From positions 8,176 through 72,175 of the forward strand of contig CAZPUL010000002.1 in NCBI GenBank assembly GCA_964589735.1: DNA of 64,000 bases, read 5' to 3'. Shown piece by piece: positions 29,679 to 39,572 of the stretch; positions within the stretch are counted from its first letter, which is position 1; every line of letters begins with the position of its first letter. The notes under the pieces were generated by a model. That model ran no database searches. It was not told the origin of the DNA and saw nothing but the letters and a program-made list of their open reading frames with translations. Both the position numbers and the translations under genes were made by a program. This stretch comes from an uncultured Verrucomicrobiota bacterium. GTDB lineage: Bacteria > Verrucomicrobiota > Verrucomicrobiia > Limisphaerales > JAEYXS01.

Positions 29679-29828
29679 AGCAGGTCCTGCACTTTGTCGG
29701 AGCGTGGGTGTCTTGCTCGCAGCGTGGTTCGCTTGCCAGTGGATTGGCCGGAGGACTGAACGGGACTGAACTAAGGGAAGTTCTTTGCGGGTTATTATTG
29801 CGAGGCTGGCCTGACTTTGCTTAGGGAC

Positions 29829-29856
29829 GTTGCTGCCGACGAGACGTCGGCGCTCC
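29829..29856 (+). repeat. Dispersed hairpin repeat R, copy 1
   Basis: GTTGCTGCCGACGAGACGTCGGCGCTCC; the hairpin arm differs from copies 2/3 by a compensated base pair. Left homology extends to about 29800. Confidence 0.7.
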
Positions 29857-29965
29857 ACTCGATAGCAACCGCTTTAAGGTCAAGACCGGCACCTTGCAAT
29901 TTGCCAGCTTTTCGCGAAAAGCCTGATTTTAGAGCCGAAATACCGCTTGCCCGCAACAAGGGAGC

Positions 29966-31660
29966 GTGGCTGAATCAAGGTGTTGGATAACAAGTGATAT
30001 ACTTGTCAACCCATCCAATATTTCCAGCCTTATGAAAATTCGGTCGTCGTTCATCCGGGGCCTGTGGCTGTTCGCACTGGCGTTATCCTCCTTCTCCACC
30101 TTGCCGGAGGCTCTGGCCCAAGGCACCACCGCCTTCACTTATCAGGGACAGTTGCGTGATGGCGGCACCAACGCCAATGGCAATTACTCGATGGTGTTCA
30201 AATTGCACGATGCCTTGACCAGCGGCAACCAGGTGGGGCCGACGGTGACCTTGGCGAGCCAGTTCATCACGAACGGGCAATTCAACGCCTCATTGGATTT
30301 TGGTGCGGTCTTTGAGGGTTCGGCGCGCTGGCTGGAGATCTCCGTGGAAGGAAATCTGCTGACGCCGCGCACGCCGGTAGCTCCCACGCCGTATTCGTTG
30401 TATTCCGCTAAAGCTGGTAGCGTGTCCAATCCGACATTTCTAGGGACAACGGGAAACACGCCGTTGGAGCTGTACGTGAACAATACGCGGGCCTTGCGGC
30501 TGGAACCGGCAACGGGAAGCCCAAATCTCATCGGTGGCTATTCTGGAAACGTGGTGAGCAATGGTTTCATTGGAGCTGTCATCGCAGGTGGTGGCGCAGC
30601 CACTAATCCTGAGAATGGAGACCCGGTGCAAAACATCATCGGAGCTAACTTCGCTTTCATCGGTAGTGGCGCGCGCAATCTCATCACTGGCGAAGGTGGC
30701 GTGATCGGAGGCGGGTTCTACAACACAGTTACCAATGGCACCGGAGTGATCGCGGGTGGAGATGGAAACCTGGTCGGCGGCAGCCAGGCATTCATCGGTG
30801 CAGGTTCTGAGAATGTGGCCACGGGTCATAATTCCGTAGTGGCTGGTGGTTCAGGCAATCGGGCCACGGGTGGTAACGCGTTTATCGGTGGCGGCCAGGA
30901 CAATGTGGCGGGCACAAGCTCGTTTTCAGTAGTGGCCGGTGGCAAGAGTAACACGGCTAGCGGCAATCAATCCATCGTGGGTGGCGGCGATGGCAATACC
31001 GCCAGTGGTGATTACTCTGTGGTGATCGGCGGACTCAATAACACCGCGAGCGCCAATTTCTGTTTCGCTGGCGGCACGAGCGCTAATGCCACCCATCAAG
31101 GCAGCTTTGTCTGGTCTTCGGACGGCTCCAGCTCATTCAGTTCGGCTGCTATCGGCGAGTTTGCCGTGCGCGCTGCTGGTGGCTTCCGGTTCGTTTGCGG
31201 ACCTAACTCCATCGCCATGCTGAATAACACCGTTACCATAGGCAACGGTGACTTTCGCGTTCCCGCCGGCGGTGCTTCATTCCGTGACCCGATCACTGCC
31301 GCAGCCTTCAACACGACCAGCGACCGCAATGCGAAGCAGGATTTCGCCGAGGTGAACGGGCGCGAGGTGCTGGCCAAGGTCCTGGCCTTGCCGATCCAGA
31401 CCTGGGCTTTCAAGCAGGACACGGCCATTCGTCATATCGGACCGATGGCGCAAGATTTCCGTTCGGCTTTCGGCCTCGGAGTTGATGAAAAACACATCGC
31501 CACGGTGGATGCCGACGGGGTGGCGCTGGCGGCGATACAGGGGTTGAACGAAGTGGTGAAGGAGAAGGATGCAGAGATCGCGTCGCTCAAGCAGCGGCTG
31601 GAGAGCCTGGAGAAAGCGGTATCAACGCTGGTGCAAACAAAGAACGGAGGCGCCCGATGA
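29966..31660 (+). CDS. YadA-head-like repeat protein with C-terminal S74/intramolecular chaperone domain
   Basis: Repeats such as VIGGGFYNTVTNGTGVIAGGDGN/VVAGGSGNRATGGNAFIGGG; C-terminal TSDRNAKQDFAEVNGREVLAKVLALPIQTWAFKQD...HIGPMAQDF followed by a coiled coil. Confidence 0.8.
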   Translation: MAESRCWITSDILVNPSNISSLMKIRSSFIRGLWLFALALSSFSTLPEALAQGTTAFTYQGQLRDGGTNANGNYSMVFKLHDALTSGNQVGPTVTLASQFITNGQFNASLDFGAVFEGSARWLEISVEGNLLTPRTPVAPTPYSLYSAKAGSVSNPTFLGTTGNTPLELYVNNTRALRLEPATGSPNLIGGYSGNVVSNGFIGAVIAGGGAATNPENGDPVQNIIGANFAFIGSGARNLITGEGGVIGGGFYNTVTNGTGVIAGGDGNLVGGSQAFIGAGSENVATGHNSVVAGGSGNRATGGNAFIGGGQDNVAGTSSFSVVAGGKSNTASGNQSIVGGGDGNTASGDYSVVIGGLNNTASANFCFAGGTSANATHQGSFVWSSDGSSSFSSAAIGEFAVRAAGGFRFVCGPNSIAMLNNTVTIGNGDFRVPAGGASFRDPITAAAFNTTSDRNAKQDFAEVNGREVLAKVLALPIQTWAFKQDTAIRHIGPMAQDFRSAFGLGVDEKHIATVDADGVALAAIQGLNEVVKEKDAEIASLKQRLESLEKAVSTLVQTKNGGAR

Positions 31661-32094
31661 AACGCATTCTCTTGTTCGCGGGCTTGATGTTGTGCGCGCT
31701 GAGTGCGCAGGCGCAGAGCGGCGGGCGTTTCACCATGGTGCGGAGTGTGATCGCCGGCGGGGCCATCACCGGCAGCACGGGTGGCACGTACAGCCTGAAC
31801 GGCACGGTGGGACAACCGGGGGCGGCGGTGCTGACGGAGACGCGGTTCGTGGTGAGCGTGGGGTACTGGATCACGCCGCCGTTGCTGGTGTTCGCGCCGA
31901 AGAAGGTGGGCAATGATTTCAGCATCTCGTTCGAGACGGAGCCGGGGCAGAGCTACATCGTGGAATACACGGACTCGCTGACGGAGCCGAACTGGCAGGT
32001 GCTGCCGACGCAGACCGGTGACGGCACGGTGAAGTCGGTGACGGATTCTGCGCCGGGGGTGCCGAACCGATATTACCGGGTGAGGCAGCCGTAG
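31657..32094 (+). CDS. Small exported protein partnered with the YadA/S74-like gene
   Basis: ATG overlaps the upstream stop (ATGA); signal peptide; SISFETEPGQSYIVEYTDSLTEPNWQVLPT. Confidence 0.65.
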   Translation: MKRILLFAGLMLCALSAQAQSGGRFTMVRSVIAGGAITGSTGGTYSLNGTVGQPGAAVLTETRFVVSVGYWITPPLLVFAPKKVGNDFSISFETEPGQSYIVEYTDSLTEPNWQVLPTQTGDGTVKSVTDSAPGVPNRYYRVRQP

Positions 32095-32104
32095 GCAGGG
32101 AGGT

Positions 32105-32284
32105 TAGAGCGGTTTAAAAAATACTGTGGCCGATTGTCTGGGGAGCGGAGCGAGCGGTCTTTTTGGGTCAGGGCGTCGTTTCGGCTCAGTCACAGGGTCG
32201 TTTGGAACCTGCTCCTTCGCCAAAGCCTCGCCCTGACCCAAAAATCCTCGCCCCAATCGGCCACAGTATTTTTAAAACGCTCTA
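32105..32284. mobile_element. MITE-like structured inverted-repeat element 'alpha', copy A
   Basis: TAGAGCG...CGCTCTA ends; ~30-bp outer arm (TAGAGCGgTTTAAAAAATACTGTGGCCGATTG vs reverse complement of right end TAGAGCGTTTTAAAAATACTGTGGCCGATTG) and perfect 16-bp inner stem TTTTTGGGTCAGGGCG/CGCCCTGACCCAAAAA. Confidence 0.75.
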
Positions 32285-32285
32285 A

Positions 32286-32335
32286 ATCGTTAAAAGGTGA
32301 AGCGTTGAAACGAGTTTCGTTTCAACGCTTCTCGC
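32286..32335. terminator. Hairpin family E, copy 2; possible bidirectional terminator between convergent genes
   Basis: GAAGCGTTGAAACG-AGTTT-CGTTTCAACGCTTC, perfect 14-bp stem. Confidence 0.55.
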
Positions 32336-32355
32336 TTTCAGATATTTACGGCAAC

Positions 32356-33516
32356 TCACTTCGCCTTGGTCTGGAAGGTCTGTTTGTGGCTGCTGGCGGG
32401 GATGCTGATGGTGTAGCTCTTGCCATCGGGAGCCACGGACATCTTGAGGTAGTTCGCCTCGCACTTCTCGTCGTGGTTGGCGATGTGCTCCTTCACTGTG
32501 TTGTTCACGTTGCCATCGGGGCGAAGATTCTGGTGCACCTGGTACATCGCCTTGATGGAAGGCGTGGACTTCAGCGTGCCGAAGGTCTGCGGGCCGCAGC
32601 CCTTGGTGGTGCCGTTGTTCATCACGGAGACGGTGGGTGACAGGCTTTTGATAAGGAGCGGGTTGTTGCTCACGTCGAGGCCGTGATGGTTCACCTGATA
32701 GACGTCCACGGTGCCGGCGAGGTTGATGGGGCAGACGAGTTCGCCTTCCACATTCCACGAGAGGTCGCCGCCATTGAAGAAGCGGAACGAGCCGAACTCG
32801 ATGAGTGTCACCACACTGTTCGCGTTGTCGCTCTTGTCTTTTTCCTTGAGCGTGATGCCTTCGCACTGGGCATTGGCACCGGCGGGTTTCTTGCTGGTGA
32901 AGACTTGATGGGCTGCGAGGCATTTCACGTTCAGATTCGCCACGGAAGCATCGGCACTGGCTTTGAAGGGGATGGTGTCATCCGGGCGGATGACTTTGCG
33001 TTCTGCTTTGATGTCCTTGTAGGGCTTGATCATCAGGGGGAAACGGGTGTCGCGCGGGTTGTTGTCCGGATTGGTCTCGGGCACGCCTTTATCCCAGATG
33101 GTGCCGATGGGGATCTGTTGCGCGACCTCGGCCGCACCGCCGAAGTGGTCGATGTGGAAATGGGTGGTGAGGAGGTTGTCGATGCGTTGCAAACCGGCGA
33201 CTTCCTTGGCGACTTTCACGATGCGCGCGGAGTCGCGGCCACCGGGATTGCCGCTGTCGATGAGCAAGGACTCACCGGCGGGCGTGACGATGAGGGTGGA
33301 ACCGCCGCCTTCGGAATCGATCCAATAGACATCGAGCGTCTTGTCCGCGAGACCGGCGTAAGTGGTGCAAACAGCGGATGCAGACAGGAGCAGGGAAAGC
33401 GTGAGCGATTTCGTGTGATGGTGCATGAGAGGATTAAAGCGGGGCTGGGGAAGGGTTTCAACCACAGAGAGCACGGAGGGCACAGAGAGGGAATGGAGGG
33501 GGATGGTGGGGAGCAT
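32356..33516 (-). CDS. MBL-fold metallo-hydrolase
   Basis: [19 protein letters not shown] (HxHxDH) and [13 protein letters not shown] tail; signal peptide (true start may be downstream). Confidence 0.85.
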   Translation of the reverse strand: MLPTIPLHSLSVPSVLSVVETLPQPRFNPLMHHHTKSLTLSLLLSASAVCTTYAGLADKTLDVYWIDSEGGGSTLIVTPAGESLLIDSGNPGGRDSARIVKVAKEVAGLQRIDNLLTTHFHIDHFGGAAEVAQQIPIGTIWDKGVPETNPDNNPRDTRFPLMIKPYKDIKAERKVIRPDDTIPFKASADASVANLNVKCLAAHQVFTSKKPAGANAQCEGITLKEKDKSDNANSVVTLIEFGSFRFFNGGDLSWNVEGELVCPINLAGTVDVYQVNHHGLDVSNNPLLIKSLSPTVSVMNNGTTKGCGPQTFGTLKSTPSIKAMYQVHQNLRPDGNVNNTVKEHIANHDEKCEANYLKMSVAPDGKSYTISIPASSHKQTFQTKAK

Positions 33517-33546
33517 TTAAAAAATTGTAACGCAAGGCACGCTCAC

Positions 33547-33585
33547 TCCTCACCCCGGCCCTCTCCTCATTAGAGGAGAGGGAGA
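33547..33585. repeat. CTCTCC hairpin repeat, copy 1
   Basis: CCTCACCCCGGCCCTCTCCTC-ATTA-GAGGAGAGGGAG. Confidence 0.7.
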
Positions 33586-33636
33586 ACATTTGGCTTCACA
33601 AGTGCAGTTCGCGGATTCGGGTTGGCGGGTGTTTTG

Positions 33637-34848
33637 TTACGCTTTCAGCTTGAGCGGATGCGCGCGGTCTTTTAGGGGGAGGCTTATGCGGCGTTGGGCG
33701 AGGGCGGCCTGGTAAACGGCCATGACCATTTCCACGGCTTTCATGCCGTCGTAGCCGCTGCACGCGGGTTCGCTGCCATTGCGGGCGGCAGTGATGAGGC
33801 TGTCGAGCAACTGGCGATTGCCCGCAGTGGTGTTGCGCTGGCTATCGGGCACGCTGGTGGTGGGATCGCCGGGCACGGGTTCCCACGCTTCCGTCTGGCC
33901 TTTATCGGTCCAAGTGCCGGGTTTGCGGAGGAAGATGCGCGGCGGGATGTTCGCCTGGATCTTCACCACGCCTTTGCTGCCGATGAGTTCGAGGCCCCAA
34001 TTGCCGGCGACGGTGGAATAAGCCTGGCGGGAGATGAAGGTGGCGTTCACGCCTTTCGCGAAACCGAACTGCGCGTAGATGTCTTCGCCCGCGACCAAGC
34101 CGATGCCTTCGGTGGCTTTGCGGCCATCGTTCGCCGTGATGTCGCGGCCTTGGGTGAGGACGCGGGCGGTGCACCACTGGGCATCGCCGGCGAAGAGGCG
34201 CATGAGGTCGAAGAGATGAACGCCGAGCACGAGCATGTCCTCACCACCGGCGCGCTTGTCCTGCTTGCCGTTCGCGCGGATCTCGATGAGGTCGCCGATG
34301 AGACCTTTCTCCAGTTGCGCTTTCAGGAAGACGATGTTATGCGCCACATGCATCTGGTGGGCGACGGCGATCTTGCTGCCGGATTTCTTCGCGGCGGCCA
34401 GAATGGCATCGGCTTCTGCGAGGTCTGTGGTGAAAGGTTTCTCGGAATAGATGTGCGCGCCGACGCTGATGGCGGCGAGGGCCATGGCCTTATGTTCCAA
34501 GGTCCAGCGGGTGGCGATGCTGACGAGGTCGGGCTGTTCCACGGCGAGCATCTCGTGGTAGCTGGCGTAGGCCTTGGGGGCTTTGAGTTTGGCCTGAGTT
34601 TTGGCGAGGCCGTCGGCATCGGCATCCGCGACGGCGACGAGTTCCACCTCGGGGTGATTGGTCATCACCACGTCCATGCCGTGGCCGTAATTGCCTTGGC
34701 CGGTGTGACCTATGACCACGGCACGGAGCTTGCCGGTGGCGCGTTTGGTAAGGAGCGGGGCGGCGGTCTGGCAACCGGTGAGCAGGGCAGTGCCCGCGGT
34801 GGCAAGGGCGGCTTGGGCGAGGAACTGGCGGCGGGAAAGGGGGTTCAT
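33637..34848 (-). CDS. Gfo/Idh/MocA family oxidoreductase, exported-type N-terminus
   Basis: MNPLSRRQFLAQAALATAGTALLTGC; RAVVIGHTGQGNYGHGMD; YSEKPFTTDLAEADAILAAAKKSG. Confidence 0.85.
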   Translation of the reverse strand: MNPLSRRQFLAQAALATAGTALLTGCQTAAPLLTKRATGKLRAVVIGHTGQGNYGHGMDVVMTNHPEVELVAVADADADGLAKTQAKLKAPKAYASYHEMLAVEQPDLVSIATRWTLEHKAMALAAISVGAHIYSEKPFTTDLAEADAILAAAKKSGSKIAVAHQMHVAHNIVFLKAQLEKGLIGDLIEIRANGKQDKRAGGEDMLVLGVHLFDLMRLFAGDAQWCTARVLTQGRDITANDGRKATEGIGLVAGEDIYAQFGFAKGVNATFISRQAYSTVAGNWGLELIGSKGVVKIQANIPPRIFLRKPGTWTDKGQTEAWEPVPGDPTTSVPDSQRNTTAGNRQLLDSLITAARNGSEPACSGYDGMKAVEMVMAVYQAALAQRRISLPLKDRAHPLKLKA

Positions 34849-34943
34849 GGGCGTAAAATTCACGGTATTCAAGTGCTGGAAATTCCTGCAAATATGCCTT
34901 GCCAAACGGGGTGTCGCCAAGTTGAATTGCGGCCCTTCGCTGT

Positions 34944-35019
<76 letters not shown>

Positions 35020-35226
35020 CTTTCCTTTCGGAACTTAAATACACAAACAGCAGCCAGCCACATCTGTCTGCGTTGACAGCTTGCGCGGGCACGCTAGCGT
35101 TCAAGCGTCGGGGGCGGAAACTATCACCGGCTAGCTAGCGAATGAGCGAAAAGGCTCTGAAATGCCGGCGGAGCTGCTCAGCAGCCCAAACCCGACACTC
35201 TCTTTTTGGGAAGTTGCGAGCGTATG

Positions 35227-35271
35227 CCTCCTCTCCCTAGCCCTCTCCTCCGACGCCGGAGGAGAGGGAAA
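35227..35271. repeat. CTCTCC hairpin repeat, copy 2
   Basis: CTCCTCTCCCTAGCCCTCTCCTCCGACGCCGGAGGAGAGGGAA. Confidence 0.7.
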
Positions 35272-35344
35272 TGGGCGCTTGAATGCTTTGGGCTGAAGGT
35301 CAGCCGTTTGCTCAAGCGAAGAATGACCTTACTAATGGCTTTTT

Positions 35345-35896
35345 GTGGCTGTGACGCGTTCACCCAAATCAAATGTAGAAGTGATGATCCTTGCTGGTGG
35401 CCTGAGCACGCGCATGGGGACAGACAAGGCGCGGGTGCGGCTGGGGCGACGGACGTTGCTGGGGCATGTGAAGCTGGCGGCGGAAGCGACGGGTTGGCGA
35501 GTGCGGGTGGTGCGGGAGGATTTGGTTGAGCGGTGCGGGCCGTTGGGCGGAGTGTTAACGGGAATGCTAACAAGTCGCGCGGAGGCGGTGGTGTTTCTTT
35601 CGTGTGATATGCCGTTCGTCGCGGCGAGGTGGTTGAAGAAGCTGGTGAAGGAGCTGCGTCGCAGCGGGGCTCAGGCGGTGTTCACGCAGCAGGGGAGGTT
35701 CGTGGGGTTTCCTTTCGTGCTGTCGAAGGAGTGTCTGGGGGTGGTGGAGGGGCAACGGGTGAGGGGGGAGTTTTCGTTGCAGGGGTTGGCGAAGGTGCTC
35801 AAGGCGGAGCGGGTGGTGGTGGCGGAGAAAGAGGCGTGGCGGTTCATGAATGTGAATACGCCGGAGGCGTTGGAGGAGGCGAGGGGGCGGATGTGA
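35345..35896 (+). CDS. mobA: Molybdenum cofactor guanylyltransferase-like protein
   Basis: VMILAGGLSTRMGTDKARVRLGRRTLLGH, GPLGGVLTGM and VVFLSCDMPFVAA. Confidence 0.82.
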   Translation: MAVTRSPKSNVEVMILAGGLSTRMGTDKARVRLGRRTLLGHVKLAAEATGWRVRVVREDLVERCGPLGGVLTGMLTSRAEAVVFLSCDMPFVAARWLKKLVKELRRSGAQAVFTQQGRFVGFPFVLSKECLGVVEGQRVRGEFSLQGLAKVLKAERVVVAEKEAWRFMNVNTPEALEEARGRM

Positions 35897-35952
35897 ACCA
35901 CGGAGACACGGAGGACGCGGAGTTTTGACAGGATGAACAAGATTAACAGGAT
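35897..35952. repeat. ACCACGGAGACACGGAGG-type and GACAGGATGAACAAGATTAACAGGAT-type intergenic repeats
   Basis: Direct reading; related units recur near 33460, 37234 and 46168. Confidence 0.6.
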
Positions 35953-36077
35953 GCGGGGCGTAATGCGTGATGCAGGGCTGCTGCAATTTGGTTGTGCAGG
36001 TGCTTCGGCGGCGGCCGGCTGAGGACAGCCAGCCCTACCTTGTTGTGTTGCCAGATCTTATGTGGCAGGGTTTGGTC

Positions 36078-37235
36078 ATGCCCATGATTCGTTTCGCTGC
36101 GTTTTTTGGTTTTCTTTTGGTGCTCTCGGCTTCTTTGAACGCGGCGGAGAGCGTGCGGGTGGTGAAGAATCGGCAGGAGTTGTTGGAGGCGGTGCGTTCG
36201 CTTAAGCCGGGGATGACGTTGAAATTGGCGCCGGGGGAGTATGGGTTTGGGTATGCGGTGGAGAAGGCGCGAGGGACGAAGGAGGCGCCGATCGTCATCG
36301 AGGGGGCGAATCCGGCGCAGCCGCCGAAGTTCACGGGTGGGAATCTGGCGATCCATTTTCGCGGGTGCTCGTATCTGACGGTGCGGCATATCGCGGTGTC
36401 GGGACAGAAGGGGAACGGGTTGAACTTCGATGATGGCGGGGAGTCTTCACAGCAGATCACGATCGAGAATGTTTCGGTATCGGACATCGGGCCGACGGGG
36501 AACAATGACGGGATCAAGCTTTCGGGCGTGGATGATTTCACGATCCGGAATTGTCGCATCAACGGTTGGGCGGGGCAGGCGATCGACATGGTGGGGTGTC
36601 ATCGCGGGTTGATCGAGAAGTGTGTGTTCGAGGGGAAGGCGGGTTTTTCGCAGGCGACGGGGCCGCAGACGAAGGGCGGCTCGGAGGATATCACGGTGCG
36701 CGGTTGCACATTCATCAATGCGGGACAGCGGCCGATGCATTTGGGCGGTTCGACGGGGCGGCCTTATTTCCGGCCGAAGGATGCGAAGTATGAAGCGCGG
36801 CGGATCACGGTGGAGGGGAACTTGTTCATCGGCGGGATGGCGCCCATCGTGTTCACGGGCGTGGAGGATGGCGTGGTGCGGTATAACACGATCGTGAATC
36901 CGGAGACGTGGGTGTTCCGCATCTTGCAGGAGAATAACGAGCCGGGGATGGTGCCGTGCTCAAAAGGGGTGTTTGAGAAGAACATCATCGTGTGTGAGAA
37001 GAATCCGGTGCGGGCGTGGATGAACATCGGCGGGAACACGCAGGCGGGCACGTTCAAGTTTGCGGAGAACTGGTGGTATCACAAGGCGTCGTCGCAACCG
37101 GTGAAGCCAGCGTTGCCGTCAGCGGAACAGGGCGGGACGTATGGGGTGGATCCGCAGTTGGAGGCGGGGAATGGGTACAGGCCGAGGGTGGCGGGGGCGA
37201 TGAAGGTGGGTCACACAGCGTGGAAGAAGGATTAA
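36078..37235 (+). CDS. Exported parallel beta-helix protein, chondroitinase-B/pectate-lyase-like
   Basis: Signal peptide MPMIRFAAFFGFLLVLSASLNA; RNRQELLEAVRSLKPGMTLKLAPGEYGFG-like start; QTKGGSEDITVRGCTFINAGQRPMHLGGSTG. Confidence 0.75.
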   Translation: MPMIRFAAFFGFLLVLSASLNAAESVRVVKNRQELLEAVRSLKPGMTLKLAPGEYGFGYAVEKARGTKEAPIVIEGANPAQPPKFTGGNLAIHFRGCSYLTVRHIAVSGQKGNGLNFDDGGESSQQITIENVSVSDIGPTGNNDGIKLSGVDDFTIRNCRINGWAGQAIDMVGCHRGLIEKCVFEGKAGFSQATGPQTKGGSEDITVRGCTFINAGQRPMHLGGSTGRPYFRPKDAKYEARRITVEGNLFIGGMAPIVFTGVEDGVVRYNTIVNPETWVFRILQENNEPGMVPCSKGVFEKNIIVCEKNPVRAWMNIGGNTQAGTFKFAENWWYHKASSQPVKPALPSAEQGGTYGVDPQLEAGNGYRPRVAGAMKVGHTAWKKD

Positions 37236-37392
37236 CCACGGAGGCACGGAGGGCGCGGAGTGGGGTAATATTTAGCCACGGATGGAACACGGATCAAACA
37301 CAGAGGGGGAAACGAGCTCAACAGTTGCATGGCCGAAGATTTCAAACAGCGAGTCATGAGTCGGGAAACATCGAAGCCGGTCACACATCAGG

Positions 37393-38820
37393 TCAGGGTT
37401 TGGGTGGAAGGTCGGCTGGGTCGATGCGGGGCCAAGGGAGATCGAGATTGCCGTTTGGGAAGCGGAGGACACTGAGGATGGAGGGGTCGCCGCCGTTGTC
37501 TTTGCCGTCGAAGCCGGAGGACCAGAGGGTGAAGGTGGCGTCCGGGTTGAGGCGGTAGCGCATGGGGCGGCCATCCATGGGGTCTTGGGGGAGTTTGGTG
37601 AGATAGTCGGGAATGAGTTGGGTCAAGGTGTCGGGGTAGTGATTAAGTTTGAGGCGGTAGCGTTCGAGGGCGAGGACGGTGATGGCTTGCTGGCGGCGGG
37701 TTTCGGCGTAGGCGAGATCATAGGCGGAAGAGTTGTCTAGACGATAGTGAAACAAGTAGGTCACGCCAAAACGCCGCTTGTTCCACCAAAGCTGGTCTGC
37801 TTCAAAAAACTCGTCGCTAGCTTTATCCAGTTGGGAACAAGCGTTGGCCCAAGCAGGTGAGTTCGCTTGCTCACGAAAAACTTCTAGCTGGAACTGCATC
37901 GGCCTAAGACTGCTTAATGCGTCATTATCTATATCAAAGTTACGCCAATAGATGGTGCGCAGCTCTTTGGAGGCTTGAGGTTGGAAGTATCTGTTGAGAA
38001 AAGCCTGAGGATCTTGGCGGATGCTGGAGAACAAAGCCAGTCTTTGAGCGCGTACAATGATCATGGATTGGACATAATTCGTAACCAATGAAATGGCCGA
38101 CAAACTGGCTTGGATTTCTGCGAGTTGTTGCTCTTCCCAGAAATGCAGGTGCAGGCAGTAGTTGAGGTCTTCCAGCAGCAGTTTAGTGATCTCTATGCGA
38201 GTTGATTGACTGGAAGTGTCCCATTCCTCTCGATGGAGTTGGGCGAGGTTCAGCAAGGTGGTGAGATTGGTAAAGGACAGGGACGGATCGCGGGCGTAAG
38301 CGCTGACAATCAACGCGTGGTGAAGGTGACGTGCGATGCCTCTACGCAATTGTGTGTGGGCAACCTTGTAGTTCTCAATATCCCGGTAGTCGCCGCCTTT
38401 TTCCTTGGGCGGGTCTTTGAGAAGTTGGTGGAGGTACAGGAAATCATTCTGCAAGCTGCTGACTTGGGCAATGGCATTGGTCCAGTTGGGCTGGTTGGTG
38501 ATACCAGTGGGGTCCTCCCATTGGAGGTGTTGGTAGCCTCGTTCGGTGTGTTCGAATTTAAACCAGCCGATCTGAAGGGGGAGGCCGTTGGTAATCTTTT
38601 GCTGCGCGGCCAGCAGAGGGGCGTCGCCATCGGGTTCGTGGCCGGTGCGCTTGGGGGCGATCTTATCGAGGTCGAGGATTTCGCCTTGGGCGATGAGTTG
38701 GGCTTTGTAGCGGTCGAGTTTGGAGGGAGCGAAGTAAGCCCAGCAGAAGAGGGCGAGCAGGATAATGGTAGAAAGCAGGATGAGCCGGCGGCGCTTTTGC
38801 TTTGGGGCGACGGGGCTCAT
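37393..38820 (-). CDS. Hypothetical protein with one N-terminal membrane segment and C-terminal WSxGxDGxDNGG-type tail
   Basis: RRRLILLSTIILLALFCWAYFAPSKLDRYKAQL; LDRYRLKLNHYPDTLTQLIPDYL-like segment and RYRLNPDATFTLWSSGFDGKDNGG. Confidence 0.7.
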   Translation of the reverse strand: MSPVAPKQKRRRLILLSTIILLALFCWAYFAPSKLDRYKAQLIAQGEILDLDKIAPKRTGHEPDGDAPLLAAQQKITNGLPLQIGWFKFEHTERGYQHLQWEDPTGITNQPNWTNAIAQVSSLQNDFLYLHQLLKDPPKEKGGDYRDIENYKVAHTQLRRGIARHLHHALIVSAYARDPSLSFTNLTTLLNLAQLHREEWDTSSQSTRIEITKLLLEDLNYCLHLHFWEEQQLAEIQASLSAISLVTNYVQSMIIVRAQRLALFSSIRQDPQAFLNRYFQPQASKELRTIYWRNFDIDNDALSSLRPMQFQLEVFREQANSPAWANACSQLDKASDEFFEADQLWWNKRRFGVTYLFHYRLDNSSAYDLAYAETRRQQAITVLALERYRLKLNHYPDTLTQLIPDYLTKLPQDPMDGRPMRYRLNPDATFTLWSSGFDGKDNGGDPSILSVLRFPNGNLDLPWPRIDPADLPPKP

Positions 38821-38881
38821 TGTGTTGAGGGAATGTAGAGGGGAAATGATGAAGGACCAACACTTAATGATGACTTAAGGG

Positions 38882-38956
38882 CAACATCGAACATCGAACA
38901 TCGAACTCTGAAAATCGAGAAATAGGAGGTTGGAGCCTCGTTGCCTCGGCTGCTAC
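38882..38956. repeat. CATCGAAC + GAGCCTCG composite intergenic repeat, copy 1
   Basis: CAACATCGAACATCGAACATCGAAC...GGTTGGAGCCTCGTTGCCTCGGCTG. Confidence 0.6.
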
Positions 38957-39184
38957 GTTGTATGCGAGGGGAATTGAACAGGAGATAACGGAGGGAACGG
39001 AGGAGTTTTTTACAGAAGGGCGCGAAGAGACGCGAAGGGGAAACGGATTGATAGCCAATCGACAATAGCCAATAGCCGAGGGGATTTTATCGCAGAGAAC
39101 TCAGAGAGCGCAGAGAGGGGGATTTGAACCGGGAAGAACGCCAACCTAACGAAAGGGGGGAGGAGGTGACGCTCCTCAACTGAA

Positions 39185-39335
39185 GCCGGGGTGAAAATTT
39201 CGCCATGGGGCGCGAATTATTTTTAGGAGATTTTGCCTGTGAGAGGGTGGTTTTGATTTAAGCTGCTCATTTTCAATTGGTTATGCGATTGAAAATAATT
39301 TTGAGAAAAAGGGACCTAGGACAGCGGATGTCCTA
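39185..39335 (+). repeat. 151-nt conserved intergenic element 'delta', copy 1
   Basis: GCCGGGGTGAAAATTT...CGCGAATTATTTTTAGGAGA...TAGGACAGCGGATGTCCTA; same length as copy at 48627. Confidence 0.65.
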
Positions 39336-39572
39336 CCCCCTTCGGTAAATTATGAATTATGAAGGATGAGTTATGAAGAAAATGGTGAAGCTCAAAGTTC
39401 AAAACTCAAAGTTCAAACAGCGAGTCTTGAGAGATGGGAGTTGGGTTAGTGGCGGAGGTGTCCGCCGGAGGCAAGGAGGCAGGCAAGCCCCGACCTGCTG
39501 GCACGGGGTCCATGCCAGCAGCACATTGGTTTGCTTTCTGGCGGTTGAGGGGCAATTCTAACGGGATAATTT

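Noticed and set aside
30560-31100. Tandem GG-rich repeats considered as a CRISPR or satellite
   Set aside because: They are codon-level repeats encoding the YadA-head-like 'GG..N.A.G..S.V.GG' motif inside an ORF, not a spacer array.
32105-32284. Element alpha as a retron msr-msd or a group II intron fragment
   Set aside because: Inverted terminal arms are superficially similar, but there is no reverse transcriptase in the window and no intron domain V-like motif was seen.
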